From NCBI GenBank assembly GCA_002507245.1, contig DAZI01000077.1, forward strand, positions 1-52,592: a stretch of DNA of 52,592 nt. The letters are read 5' to 3'. The DNA comes from Candidatus Bathyarchaeota archaeon UBA233 (lineage in GTDB: Archaea > Thermoproteota > Bathyarchaeia > Bathyarchaeales > UBA233). This document shows, one piece after another, positions 44,857 to 52,592 of the stretch (the first letter of the stretch is position 1; each line of letters opens with the position of its first letter). A program made the translations under genes and the position numbers. The notes below the pieces were generated by a model, which worked only from the letters and a program-made list of their open reading frames with translations, was not told the DNA's origin and did no database searches.

Positions 44857-45129
44857 TCATGCTTCTTCTGTTTCTTTTGCTTCAGCCTCTTCAGCGGGGG
44901 GTTGGGCTATGACTTCGCCTTCTGCGCATCTCCGGCTGATTCGGGTTATTTTTATTCTTACGCGGTCGCCAGGCTTGGTGTTCGGAACAAAGGTTACTAG
45001 CCCTTTTATCCTCGCGATTCCTTCGCCCCTTCGGCTGGTTTCTTGGATTTCCACAGTGTACTCCTTTCCCAGTTCCACTGGTTTAGGGGGCATTCGGCCG
45101 AAGCCTCTCCTTCTTGGCCTTCTTTCCAT
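44857..45129 (-). CDS. TRAM-domain RNA-binding protein (copy 1)
   Basis: Arg-rich N-terminus. The TRAM core is EYTVEIQETSRRGEGIARIKGLVTFVPNTKPGDRVRIKITRISRRCAEGEV. The tail is acidic. Confidence 0.8.
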   Translation of the reverse strand: MERRPRRRGFGRMPPKPVELGKEYTVEIQETSRRGEGIARIKGLVTFVPNTKPGDRVRIKITRISRRCAEGEVIAQPPAEEAEAKETEEA

Positions 45130-45183
45130 TTATTTCACCTCTTGTCTTAAAGCTTAGTAGTCGCGAACTACGGTTTGAGACGA

Positions 45184-45477
45184 TTATTCTACTACTGTTA
45201 ATTTTCCGTATTTGCCGACGTTTAGTTGGATTTCGCCCCGAAAGCTGGTGACATAGCCGTTTTCTATCTTTACCGTGTCATCAACGTTTACCTGGTTTAT
45301 CTGATCGTTCCACAGTGTCAGTTTTATGGTGCCTGTTCCATCGGTTATTGTGGCTGTTGCAACATGGAGTAGGGTATTCCGGTATCTTGATCTGACTTCT
45401 CTGGTTTCAGATTTTTCGATTACCTTTCCTTCCACGTCTACGCGTCTCATACCGTTTCTTAAATCTTTTATTTTCAT
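45184..45477 (-). CDS. OB-fold nucleic-acid-binding protein (small SSB/RPA-like)
   Basis: KIKDLRNGMRRVDVEGKVIEKSETREV....ATITDGTGTIKLTLWNDQ...VKIENGYV..FRGEIQLNVGKYGKL is the single-OB SSB pattern. The start is taken at MKIKDL. Confidence 0.7.
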   Translation of the reverse strand: MKIKDLRNGMRRVDVEGKVIEKSETREVRSRYRNTLLHVATATITDGTGTIKLTLWNDQINQVNVDDTVKIENGYVTSFRGEIQLNVGKYGKLTVVE

Positions 45478-45493
45478 CCGGTTTCCTCCTATC

Positions 45494-45772
45494 TTATGCT
45501 TGTTTTTCCGCGACAGCGAATTTTCTGCCAACTTTTATGATTCTGACTTTTAGTCGCTCGCCAATTTTTGCTTCAGGCACAAAAATTAGGTATCCCATTA
45601 TTCGAGCAATTCCGTCACCGCGGCTTCCAATGTCGTCTATTAAGACTTCAAGTTCCTGTCCTACTTTTACTGGTGCTGAATGGAAAAGTGGGGTTCGAGC
45701 ACCATATCTACGCTTGAATCTTCTTGGTCGCCTTCCCGTACTCCTTGTTTTTTCGGGTAACCTTCTAGGCAT
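45494..45772 (-). CDS. TRAM-domain RNA-binding protein (copy 2)
   Basis: Arg-rich N-terminus. The TRAM core is ELEVLIDDIGSRGDGIARIMGYLIFVPEAKIGERLKVRIIKVGRKFAVAE. Confidence 0.8.
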   Translation of the reverse strand: MPRRLPEKTRSTGRRPRRFKRRYGARTPLFHSAPVKVGQELEVLIDDIGSRGDGIARIMGYLIFVPEAKIGERLKVRIIKVGRKFAVAEKQA

Positions 45773-45919
45773 TTAATGTTTCGTCCTCGTCGCGGAAACT
45801 TTACCAAAACATCAGAGCAAAAGGCAGAAGCAGGAATTCTGCACGTTTGCCCTTACGTCTTGGTAGACTGGTGAATGAAAAGCTTACGAAACATATAAGC
45901 TTTCTTATCATGTTTTACT

Positions 45920-47080
45920 TCAAATTCCTACTAATAGCGCTATCAATGCTCTCAAAAAGATGGCAGCGATATAAGCTATCGCTGAAATCCCAAGGGCTTT
46001 CAGCCAAGAAAATTTATGTAAATGGCGCAGCGCTATAGCTGTTAGATGAATTACCCATACCATGATCACGACATAGAAAATTGATATTATCTGGTAAGTT
46101 AGGAGTGGAGCCCAGTTTTGGCTTATTGCATTTTGAAGGGTGAATGCATAGCCAACATATATTGTTGGAAAGGTTGATGCTAGCAAAAGGGAGACGAGGT
46201 TTTGAAGTATTTCCACAGAAAAGGTATAGCCTATTATCGCAAACAATGCCTTGCCAGACATTTCTAGTTCAAATACGAAAGTTTTTAAGAAAACCAAGAG
46301 AACAGCGAAGTATGCTGCCCAAAAGATTAGAAAGTTCGAAACTGAATAGAGGAAATTATCTAAGTAAAACATGTAAGTTGTCCAGGGCTTAAATTTCCCG
46401 CCGAAAGCTAGATCGTCGACTAATAGGGTTAAGTTTCCAGGGTTAAAGGCGGTCCAGTTTAACTCGAATTTTATACTCGTGATTTTTTCCCATGTAGGGG
46501 CGCCTTGTTTAAGCCAGCTGTTTCCTTCGTTTACATTTAATGTTATGTTTGACCAGATGCTGCCTTCTTGCAGTAACTTTGTTATGTTTAGTTCGAAGAA
46601 GCTTGTTTCATTTGAAGAGAGCAGCTGTATTTTCGCGTTAGCTGGGGCAAGGTTGCGGGAGTGGTTCCATTTTAAACTGAAGTATAATTTTGTGATTTCC
46701 TTTTCAGAACAGTTTAATGTCTGGTCGGCTTTTGATATATCGAATTTCATCCATATGCGACTTGCATTTTCAACAAAGGACTGTATACTTTGGTTACCCA
46801 TAAGCGCGTCCTTTGTGTTATTGCTGAGAGCCCCGTTTGAAGTCCAAAACTTTGTGGAACTTGTCCATTCCTCATTTTCTGGAACTAGGCTTTCCACGAA
46901 AATTTTTGATTGAGCAACCTGTTGGAAGCCTGCGGCAATCAAGGAAGTTACAATGAGTATTATTAGAGGCCCAAGAAAGTCTGGTTTTTGGGTTATTTCC
47001 TTGAACGCTTTTATGGGAGAGTACCAGACTTTAAGAATCCAGTTTAAAGCCAAAGATGGTTCAACTCTTTTGTTTGACAA
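45920..47080 (-). CDS. Yip1-domain-like membrane protein with large sequon-rich extracytoplasmic loop
   Basis: An N-terminal WYSPIKAFKEITQKPDFLGPLIILI helix, an extracytoplasmic loop of about 200 aa with roughly 10 N-x-S/T sequons, then 4 TM helices. Confidence 0.5.
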   Translation of the reverse strand: MSNKRVEPSLALNWILKVWYSPIKAFKEITQKPDFLGPLIILIVTSLIAAGFQQVAQSKIFVESLVPENEEWTSSTKFWTSNGALSNNTKDALMGNQSIQSFVENASRIWMKFDISKADQTLNCSEKEITKLYFSLKWNHSRNLAPANAKIQLLSSNETSFFELNITKLLQEGSIWSNITLNVNEGNSWLKQGAPTWEKITSIKFELNWTAFNPGNLTLLVDDLAFGGKFKPWTTYMFYLDNFLYSVSNFLIFWAAYFAVLLVFLKTFVFELEMSGKALFAIIGYTFSVEILQNLVSLLLASTFPTIYVGYAFTLQNAISQNWAPLLTYQIISIFYVVIMVWVIHLTAIALRHLHKFSWLKALGISAIAYIAAIFLRALIALLVGI

Positions 47081-47081
47081 G

Positions 47082-48605
47082 TTAGTCTGTTTCTAGTCCT
47101 AGTTTTAGTTTACGGTACGTTCCATAGTCCACATATTCAATGTAGGGATTTTGAGCCTGATACTGGATTGTGAATTTTTGGCGTTCTCGTTTTTCTGGGA
47201 GTTGACTTGTAGTTCGGAATAGGTAAGCGTCGCTTCCGGCTCCAGATCCATAGCTGACAACAAGAATTCTCTCCTCGGGTTTAGCTATGTCGAGAACCGC
47301 TGCTAAACCTAGAGGGGAAGCTCCGGAATAGGTGTTGCCAAATCGTGCTACTTGAAGTCCGGGCTGGTACTGCTCTTCCTTAAAGCCTAATGTTTTAGCT
47401 ATTTTCACCGGAAAACGAATGTTGGGTTGATGTGAAACGAAATACCGTATATCGCTGGGTTGGAGTCTGAGTTTTTCCATTAGTTTTTTCGCTGCTTTTC
47501 CTACGTGTTTGAAGTAGGCGGGGTCTCCAGTGAATCTTCCGCCATGCCGCGGGAAGGGTTCGCCATCTCTTCGCCAAAAGTCAGGTGTGTCGGAAGTGCA
47601 TGAGTGCCATCCTTCGATTTCCGCGATTACATCCCGCATTCCGAATATGAAGGCACATCCGCCATATCCAACAAAGAAGTCAAGTTCGCCTCCGGGGGCT
47701 CCTCGGGGGGCTGCTTGACTGTTATCGGTTCCAATCACCATAGCGCAGGGAGTATGTGAGTCTGGATAGAACACTAGTGAGGCTGCATCCTTGAACATGC
47801 TTGTAGCGGCTTTGCAAGCGAATTCTGTGTCCACAGCGTCAACGTATTGAACTCCGTCGGCTTTGTCCTCTTCGCCTAACTTTAGGACTTGCGCCACTTT
47901 AGAGGCTATGGGTTTCACTGCGTATGGATTAGACTCTGATCCCACGTAAACTTTCCCTATAAGGCGGCTGTCTACTCCAGAATGGATTAATGCAAGTTTG
48001 CCAGCTTCAACAGCTGCTGTAATGGCATCTTCGTCTATAAATGGGACAGAACGCTCCATAAAACTCTCCTTTATTCTGAAACGTGAAACGTATACGCCGT
48101 ATCCAACTATGCCTGGTTTTTCATACTCCTTATTAGGCTTTACCGCCTGATATTCTTGATAGGGGTAATATTCATCTGCGAAGGTGAAAGCCAAGGAGAT
48201 TGTTGGAACTATCTCGCTCTTTTTCACAGCGTACCGCCGTCTGAACCTGGGAACCACCTCTCGTCCTTCTAGGCTTGAGAGGTCAATTTCCTCGTTTTCT
48301 TTCCAAAGCCTGTCTGTTAGCCGTCCAGGAACGCGGACTTTTCCGTTGTGAAATGAAACTATGCCGTAAATGTAGTTTCCTAGCTTCGTAAATTTGTTAG
48401 TAGGCTTGTTAACAAAGGTGCATACCTCAAGTTGCCCCTTTTCAAAGAAGAAATCGATGGGCGCCATTTTTCCATAGCTTTTTCTTCCACAGTTCCCACA
48501 GTAGTCACGTAGGTCAAAGTATTCTTTGCCGCAGAAGATACATCTGCTTCCCCTGAGGCGGTCGCCAACATAGGATACTCTGCGTTCTATAGGCTCGCTA
48601 CTCAT
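47082..48605 (-). CDS. DUF35 (Zn-ribbon + OB fold) fused to archaeal HMG-CoA synthase
   Basis: The N-terminus is CIFCGKEYFDLRDYCGNCG + OB fold (GIVSFHNGKVRVPGRL). The C-terminal roughly 340 aa is a condensing enzyme (VGSESNPYAVKP, catalytic DTEFACKAAT, SHQPN, GNTYSGASPLGL). The start ATG at 48605 overlaps the thiolase stop by 8 nt. Confidence 0.85.
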   Translation of the reverse strand: MSSEPIERRVSYVGDRLRGSRCIFCGKEYFDLRDYCGNCGRKSYGKMAPIDFFFEKGQLEVCTFVNKPTNKFTKLGNYIYGIVSFHNGKVRVPGRLTDRLWKENEEIDLSSLEGREVVPRFRRRYAVKKSEIVPTISLAFTFADEYYPYQEYQAVKPNKEYEKPGIVGYGVYVSRFRIKESFMERSVPFIDEDAITAAVEAGKLALIHSGVDSRLIGKVYVGSESNPYAVKPIASKVAQVLKLGEEDKADGVQYVDAVDTEFACKAATSMFKDAASLVFYPDSHTPCAMVIGTDNSQAAPRGAPGGELDFFVGYGGCAFIFGMRDVIAEIEGWHSCTSDTPDFWRRDGEPFPRHGGRFTGDPAYFKHVGKAAKKLMEKLRLQPSDIRYFVSHQPNIRFPVKIAKTLGFKEEQYQPGLQVARFGNTYSGASPLGLAAVLDIAKPEERILVVSYGSGAGSDAYLFRTTSQLPEKRERQKFTIQYQAQNPYIEYVDYGTYRKLKLGLETD

Positions 48606-49803
48606 TCCATCCCCTCCCGAAAACGTAAACATACCCTTTTGTTCCGAAGCCTTCCAACTCAAGGGTACAAGCATAGAAAGGCTCTGATTGGATTTCTATC
48701 TGTCTTTCGCCAGCTTCATTCCTTAACTGTTTGAAAACCTCGAAGACTTGAGCCCCGCCAGTAGCGCCCAATGGATTGCCATCCGCTTTAAGCCCGCCAT
48801 TTGTGTTCACGTATAATCGTTTCCCGTCTATTTCATAATACCCTTTATAGTCTTGACAGCTTTCATAAATGTCCATCCAAGCTTTGCCTTCCTGCACGAA
48901 GCCTAAATCTTCGAGAGAAACCATTTCCATAACGGTAGATTGATCATAAAGTTCAACAAGCTGAATGTCCTTACGTGAAATTCCAGCCATTTTCAAAGCG
49001 TCTTCTATACAAATACGAGTAACTAGAAAATGGGTTAAGTCTTCCCGTGAAGGGAAAGTTATGTAATCTGTGGCGGAAGAGCATCCGAGAACGTAAACGG
49101 GATTATCTGTATATTTTTTGGCTACTTCTGAATTCGCCAGGACAACAGCGGTGGCACCATCTGAAATAGGGGCGAAATCGTAAAGTCCAAGGGGTTTTCG
49201 AGCTATCTTGCGCTGTTTTAAAACATCTTCAACTTTTATTTCCCTGCGGTATTGGGCATACTCGTTTTTCAAGGCATGCTTATGATTTTTGACGGAAATG
49301 TAGGCGAGGGCATGATTAAACTTCTCTAGTTCTGAACCGTTAATTCCGTATTTCTTTATGTAAGCCCTTAACATGAGTTCATGATTAGCTTCTGGTGTGC
49401 ATCCAGCGTAGTAACTCCATGGGTCTTCTAAGAGCATTAGGTCGTCGCGGATTTTATCCCATCGGTCAGTCATTTTTTCCATTCCTCCCACAAGCACAAG
49501 GTCGTATCTTCCGGCTTGAATGGCGTTGCAAGCGTTGAAAAGCGCGGAGCTAAAGGAACGGGTTATTTCCATTTGAACATGAAGCTCGGTCAATTCTGAA
49601 AGAAAGCCTTCCTCTAGCCCGAACTTGTTGGTTATTGGAAGAAAATAATCGGCTACATATCCAGCTTGCAGATCCTTACGTTCTATTCCAGCCTCTTTCG
49701 AGGCTCTAAGCCAAGCCTCTTCGATAAGTTTTTCCGGCGATCGTTCGTAATGTTCGCCGAAGCGGGTTCTACCTACGCCTATTATCGCTGGAAATTTACC
49801 CAT
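48598..49803 (-). CDS. Acetyl-CoA acetyltransferase (archaeal thiolase)
   Basis: Thiolase-fold protein of 401 aa (RSFSSALFNACNAIQAGRYDLVLVGGMEKM, NTNGGLKADGNPLGATG), placed immediately upstream of HMGCS. Confidence 0.85.
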   Translation of the reverse strand: MGKFPAIIGVGRTRFGEHYERSPEKLIEEAWLRASKEAGIERKDLQAGYVADYFLPITNKFGLEEGFLSELTELHVQMEITRSFSSALFNACNAIQAGRYDLVLVGGMEKMTDRWDKIRDDLMLLEDPWSYYAGCTPEANHELMLRAYIKKYGINGSELEKFNHALAYISVKNHKHALKNEYAQYRREIKVEDVLKQRKIARKPLGLYDFAPISDGATAVVLANSEVAKKYTDNPVYVLGCSSATDYITFPSREDLTHFLVTRICIEDALKMAGISRKDIQLVELYDQSTVMEMVSLEDLGFVQEGKAWMDIYESCQDYKGYYEIDGKRLYVNTNGGLKADGNPLGATGGAQVFEVFKQLRNEAGERQIEIQSEPFYACTLELEGFGTKGYVYVFGRGWNE

Positions 49804-49965
49804 GACCAGTTTTCCACCATAGATTCTATCCTCTGCCCTATCCTTTTTAAGTGTTCCCCAACTTTAGGGAGAAAAATAGAAAGTGATTTCAAGAGGTGGA
49901 ACGTTTGAATAGCTTTAAATTATTCCCATTGTATTCCTACTAAAATAGGAGAGAGAATGTAAAAA

Positions 49966-50301
49966 TTGAGTAGTAAGAAAAAGAAGAAACAGCGCATAAG
50001 GGTTTTTGCGCCTTTCAAACCCGTTATTCACCCCGAGGAGGAGGAAATAAGAACTCAAGAGAAGAGACTGGAAGAGGAGAGACTAAAGGTTTTAGAGTTT
50101 TCTCGGAAAACAAGAAAAGGGTTTGGAGTATTTTCCATGGCGGTTGGAGCCTTTATCTTCGGTTTCTTCGCATACTTTGTATGGACAGGCATGACCCTCA
50201 AGGCAGTAACAACCGAAATAAAAATCGCATTGCTGGCATTGGCGGTTCTTCTCGGAGCGATAAACATAATCACCGGTCTCCTACTCATAGGCGAATATTA
50301 G
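49966..50301 (+). CDS. Hypothetical small membrane protein
   Basis: Lys/Glu-rich N-terminus followed by two TM helices. Confidence 0.45.
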   Translation: MSSKKKKKQRIRVFAPFKPVIHPEEEEIRTQEKRLEEERLKVLEFSRKTRKGFGVFSMAVGAFIFGFFAYFVWTGMTLKAVTTEIKIALLALAVLLGAINIITGLLLIGEY

Positions 50302-50320
50302 AAGATAACCAAAATGCCTT

Positions 50321-50671
50321 TTGGAAAATATTACACTAATTTTAGAGAGGCTTCTACCAATGCAAGATAAGAATGAACGCTTACCACAGTATTTAATAAG
50401 ACTATGCTCGGATAAAGCTGCCTTTGAAGTTAAATTCTCTCAAAGGCTGCGTTTGAACATGGAGACTGTTAAAAAGGTATTTGAAACTTCAGAACATTGT
50501 GAAATAATGCTTTACACGCCCCACATAATAATTTTAAAGCACAAAACTGGAGCCGAGGTAACTTTTTCCAGAGAAGGAAGAATATTAATAAAAAAGGTTT
50601 TAGACAAGGAAGAGGCAGAAAAAGTGACAAAGAGCATATTGCGCGAAGTTGTGAAAAAAGCTCCTTTCTAA
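50321..50671 (+). CDS. Small conserved hypothetical protein, paralog of 842..1126
   Basis: See the 842..1126 entry. The likely start is MQDKNERLPQYLIRL at about 50360. Confidence 0.55.
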   Translation: MENITLILERLLPMQDKNERLPQYLIRLCSDKAAFEVKFSQRLRLNMETVKKVFETSEHCEIMLYTPHIIILKHKTGAEVTFSREGRILIKKVLDKEEAEKVTKSILREVVKKAPF

Positions 50672-50699
50672 AAACAGCTGATTTCAATAACGGAGGCCT

Positions 50700-51374
50700 C
50701 TAGAACAGAATTACCGTGGTTTTGTCTAAATCCCGTTGAACCATATGGGCTATATCCAGATTTTTCTCCGCGTCGAATACCTCACTCATCTTTGCGAAAG
50801 TTCTAGGTTTTCTCGGTGGGGCACTACAGCAAATGGCACGTCGGGTAGAGATTTCGAAAGTTCCTATCTTGCGCGCAAGTTTCTCAACTTCATGTTTATT
50901 GAACCCAAGCAATGGACGCAGGATAGGAATACTGTCGATTGCTTGATTTTCCACCCGCAAGTTTCGTAAAGTCTGACTTGCTTGTTCTCCAATAATCTCG
51001 CCTGTAACAATAGCATCAGCGCTTTCCCGCCTAGCAATTTCCTCACCTAAACGGTACATCATTCTTCGACAAAGTAAACACGTCAGGTTCCTAGGACAGT
51101 TTCTCAAAATATCTGCAAGATCTTCCCCGTGGGGAACAATGTACAGCTTAGCTGATTTAGTAGATGAAAATTCTGTTAATTTCTTAATGACATCTATAGC
51201 CCTTTTCTTAGTAGTTTCATCAGTAAACGGGTGATTATCATAAAAAACGAAGATGGGAGTGTAGCCCTTTCTAATTATAAGCCAAGCTGCGACTGGGGAG
51301 TCTATACCACCTGAAACGAGACACACCACTTTACCTTTACTAGTAGGTGATCTATCTTCAAATATTGAACCCAT
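50700..51374 (-). CDS. thiI: ThiI-like PP-loop sulfurtransferase lacking THUMP/ferredoxin-like N-terminal domains
   Basis: PP-loop CLVSGGIDSPVAAWL, CLLCRRMMYR, IVTGEIIGEQASQTLRNL, ILRPLLGFNKHEV and CCSAPPRKP. Only 224 aa. Confidence 0.8.
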   Translation of the reverse strand: MGSIFEDRSPTSKGKVVCLVSGGIDSPVAAWLIIRKGYTPIFVFYDNHPFTDETTKKRAIDVIKKLTEFSSTKSAKLYIVPHGEDLADILRNCPRNLTCLLCRRMMYRLGEEIARRESADAIVTGEIIGEQASQTLRNLRVENQAIDSIPILRPLLGFNKHEVEKLARKIGTFEISTRRAICCSAPPRKPRTFAKMSEVFDAEKNLDIAHMVQRDLDKTTVILF

Positions 51375-51397
51375 AACAATTACACCTAAAACGCGCT

Positions 51398-52192
51398 CTA
51401 GGGGATTCCAATCCTTTCTGGATGGCTATAAACATTAATTCTCCGCCCTCTAGCAAAACAGATGAGGGAAATTCCTGTCTTCAAAGCAGCTTCTATTCCG
51501 GAGTGAACAGGCCCTGCAATCGAGGCGACTATGGGGATTCCTACACGGGCAGCCTTTAATACCATGTTAGCGGTTTGTCTACCACTACTAACTAAAACAC
51601 ATGCGGGAAAATCGACTTTTTTTATGGCGGCTAAACCGATAACCTTATCGACAGCATTATGTCTTCCAACATCCTCGGCAAATGCAACAAGTTCCTCTTT
51701 GTGGAAAATGGCAGCTGAGTGAGTTCCACCAGTTTGCCTAAATAACGCGGATTTTTTGTTAAGTATTTTTACGAACTGCAAAATTTTTTCTGCTTCAACT
51801 GTATAATTGGAGTTTACGAAGGGTTTAACCATTCGATCAATCAGAAAAGCGAAATCTTCGCTAGTTGAACCGCATGAAGAATCAATCATTTTTGGGAGTT
51901 TCGCTGCTTCTATTCGAGCTTTAACATCCCCTGTACATCGGATTTTCACTTTGTTATCTTTAACGTAGACATTAGATATTTCTTCAACAGAGTTTACTAT
52001 GGCGTGGCTTAGAAGCCACCCTATCCCTAATTCCTTCAAGTGGTTAGGTGTGGAAAATAGGGTAACCACATGTTGATTGTTTACGTGAATTTCAACCGGA
52101 ACTTCAGTGGCCACAAAATCATTAACCATTCTTATATCTTTTTTATCTAGGCTGAATCTTTTGACTTCTACCTTAACTTTTGATGAAAGCAT
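51398..52192 (-). CDS. fdhD: FdhD-family sulfurtransferase (formate dehydrogenase accessory protein-like)
   Basis: EVPVEIHVNNQ, DSSCGS loop, RQTGGTHSAA, EDVGRHNAVDKVIG and VSSGRQTANMVLKAARVGIP are FdhD blocks. Confidence 0.8.
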   Translation of the reverse strand: MLSSKVKVEVKRFSLDKKDIRMVNDFVATEVPVEIHVNNQHVVTLFSTPNHLKELGIGWLLSHAIVNSVEEISNVYVKDNKVKIRCTGDVKARIEAAKLPKMIDSSCGSTSEDFAFLIDRMVKPFVNSNYTVEAEKILQFVKILNKKSALFRQTGGTHSAAIFHKEELVAFAEDVGRHNAVDKVIGLAAIKKVDFPACVLVSSGRQTANMVLKAARVGIPIVASIAGPVHSGIEAALKTGISLICFARGRRINVYSHPERIGIP

Positions 52193-52289
52193 ATGATTCC
52201 CTTAAGCTAGCTAATAGTTTCCTAAGCAATAAAACTATGTTACTAAAACCTTGAAGGCAACCTTCACCTATTTGAAAGGAGGCGGGCAA

Positions 52290-52592
52290 CTATGGAGTTT
52301 TCTTTCCGAGTTTTTCAATGAGTATTTGAGCAACTTTCTTTCCGCTTAATAACATTCCTCCAAATATGGGGCCCATTCTTGGAGTGTTATGTAAGGCAGC
52401 TACGGCCATTCCAGCAGCATACAGCCCTGGGCATACTTCCCCAGTTTTTTCAACGGTTAGTTTTTCTGCTTCTGAGCTCCACATTGACTTTTCTCCTTGA
52501 ACGAATAGGTTAAGCTCTGGAATCTTTCTTGACGCTACGGATAGAACTTCAGCGTCATGTCCAGTGCAGTCAATTACTGCCTTTGCCTTAAC
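52290..52592 (-). CDS. thi4: Thiazole synthase Thi4 family, C-terminal part; 5' end outside window
   Basis: The frame is open to the window edge ([16 protein letters not shown]...). The C-terminal block is [35 protein letters not shown]. Confidence 0.8.
   Translation of the reverse strand, partial: VKAKAVIDCTGHDAEVLSVASRKIPELNLFVQGEKSMWSSEAEKLTVEKTGEVCPGLYAAGMAVAALHNTPRMGPIFGGMLLSGKKVAQILIEKLGKKTP

Noticed and set aside
43654-45776. Plus-strand ORFs 43654..43950, 44265..44477, 44566..44751, 44819..45157, 45326..45553 and 45537..45776
   Set aside because: All are antisense to well-supported minus-strand genes (dys, TRAM, OB-fold, TRAM) and have low-complexity Ser/Pro/Leu-rich products.
1-52592. 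CRISPR arrays, transposases, integrases, toxin-antitoxin or known defence-system genes
   Set aside because: No regularly spaced direct repeats and no recognisable Cas, transposase, integrase or defence-domain proteins appear among the translated ORFs.

Overview
AT-rich archaeal chromosomal segment. The archaeal assignment rests on a BHB-type intron in tRNA-Trp, an A1-U72 tRNA-Gln, archaeal-type TrpRS and PheRS alpha/beta, deoxyhypusine synthase, a DGGGP-synthase-like UbiA enzyme, GGPP synthase, thiolase plus HMG-CoA synthase/DUF35, TATA-like promoters and a stand-alone 5S rRNA. Most of the window is densely packed housekeeping genes: sulfur mobilisation (SufS-like, ThiI-like, FdhD, Thi4), a bacterial-type class II FBA plus predicted PPi-PFK pair, Sua5, MetAP, aaRS genes, isoprenoid genes and an ABC-2 exporter. 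RNA genes are tRNA-Pro(CGG), intron-containing tRNA-Trp(CCA), tRNA-Gln(CUG), a 5S rRNA and an orphan tRNA 3'-half-like element. No CRISPR array, integrase or transposase was seen. The most interesting signal is a recurring theme of C-terminal cysteine signals on secreted proteins next to CPBP (CAAX-protease family) membrane proteases. (i) An S8 subtilase ends in SGGGSC + TM helix + RKRRRKRK and lies beside an intact DUF2085-CPBP fusion protease. (ii) A roughly 1170-aa heavily sequon-decorated beta-helix/CARDB surface protein ends in SGGGGRCYPI, with Cys at -4 (CaaX-like). It is preceded by two tandem prenyltransferase/squalene-oxidase-repeat toroid proteins and followed by a decayed region (HisA-like pseudogene, degenerate CPBP-like membrane protein, orphan ORF, tRNA fragment). 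Further items worth a second look: a Cys-rich microprotein translationally coupled to deoxyhypusine synthase, a DUF35-HMGCS fusion, a TRAM-OB-TRAM cluster, two paralogous small proteins in sulfur-transfer neighbourhoods, a THUMP-less ThiI-FdhD-Thi4 cluster, a dockerin protein, and several promoter-proximal repeats. All calls come from reading the sequence and translations by eye; no searches were run.
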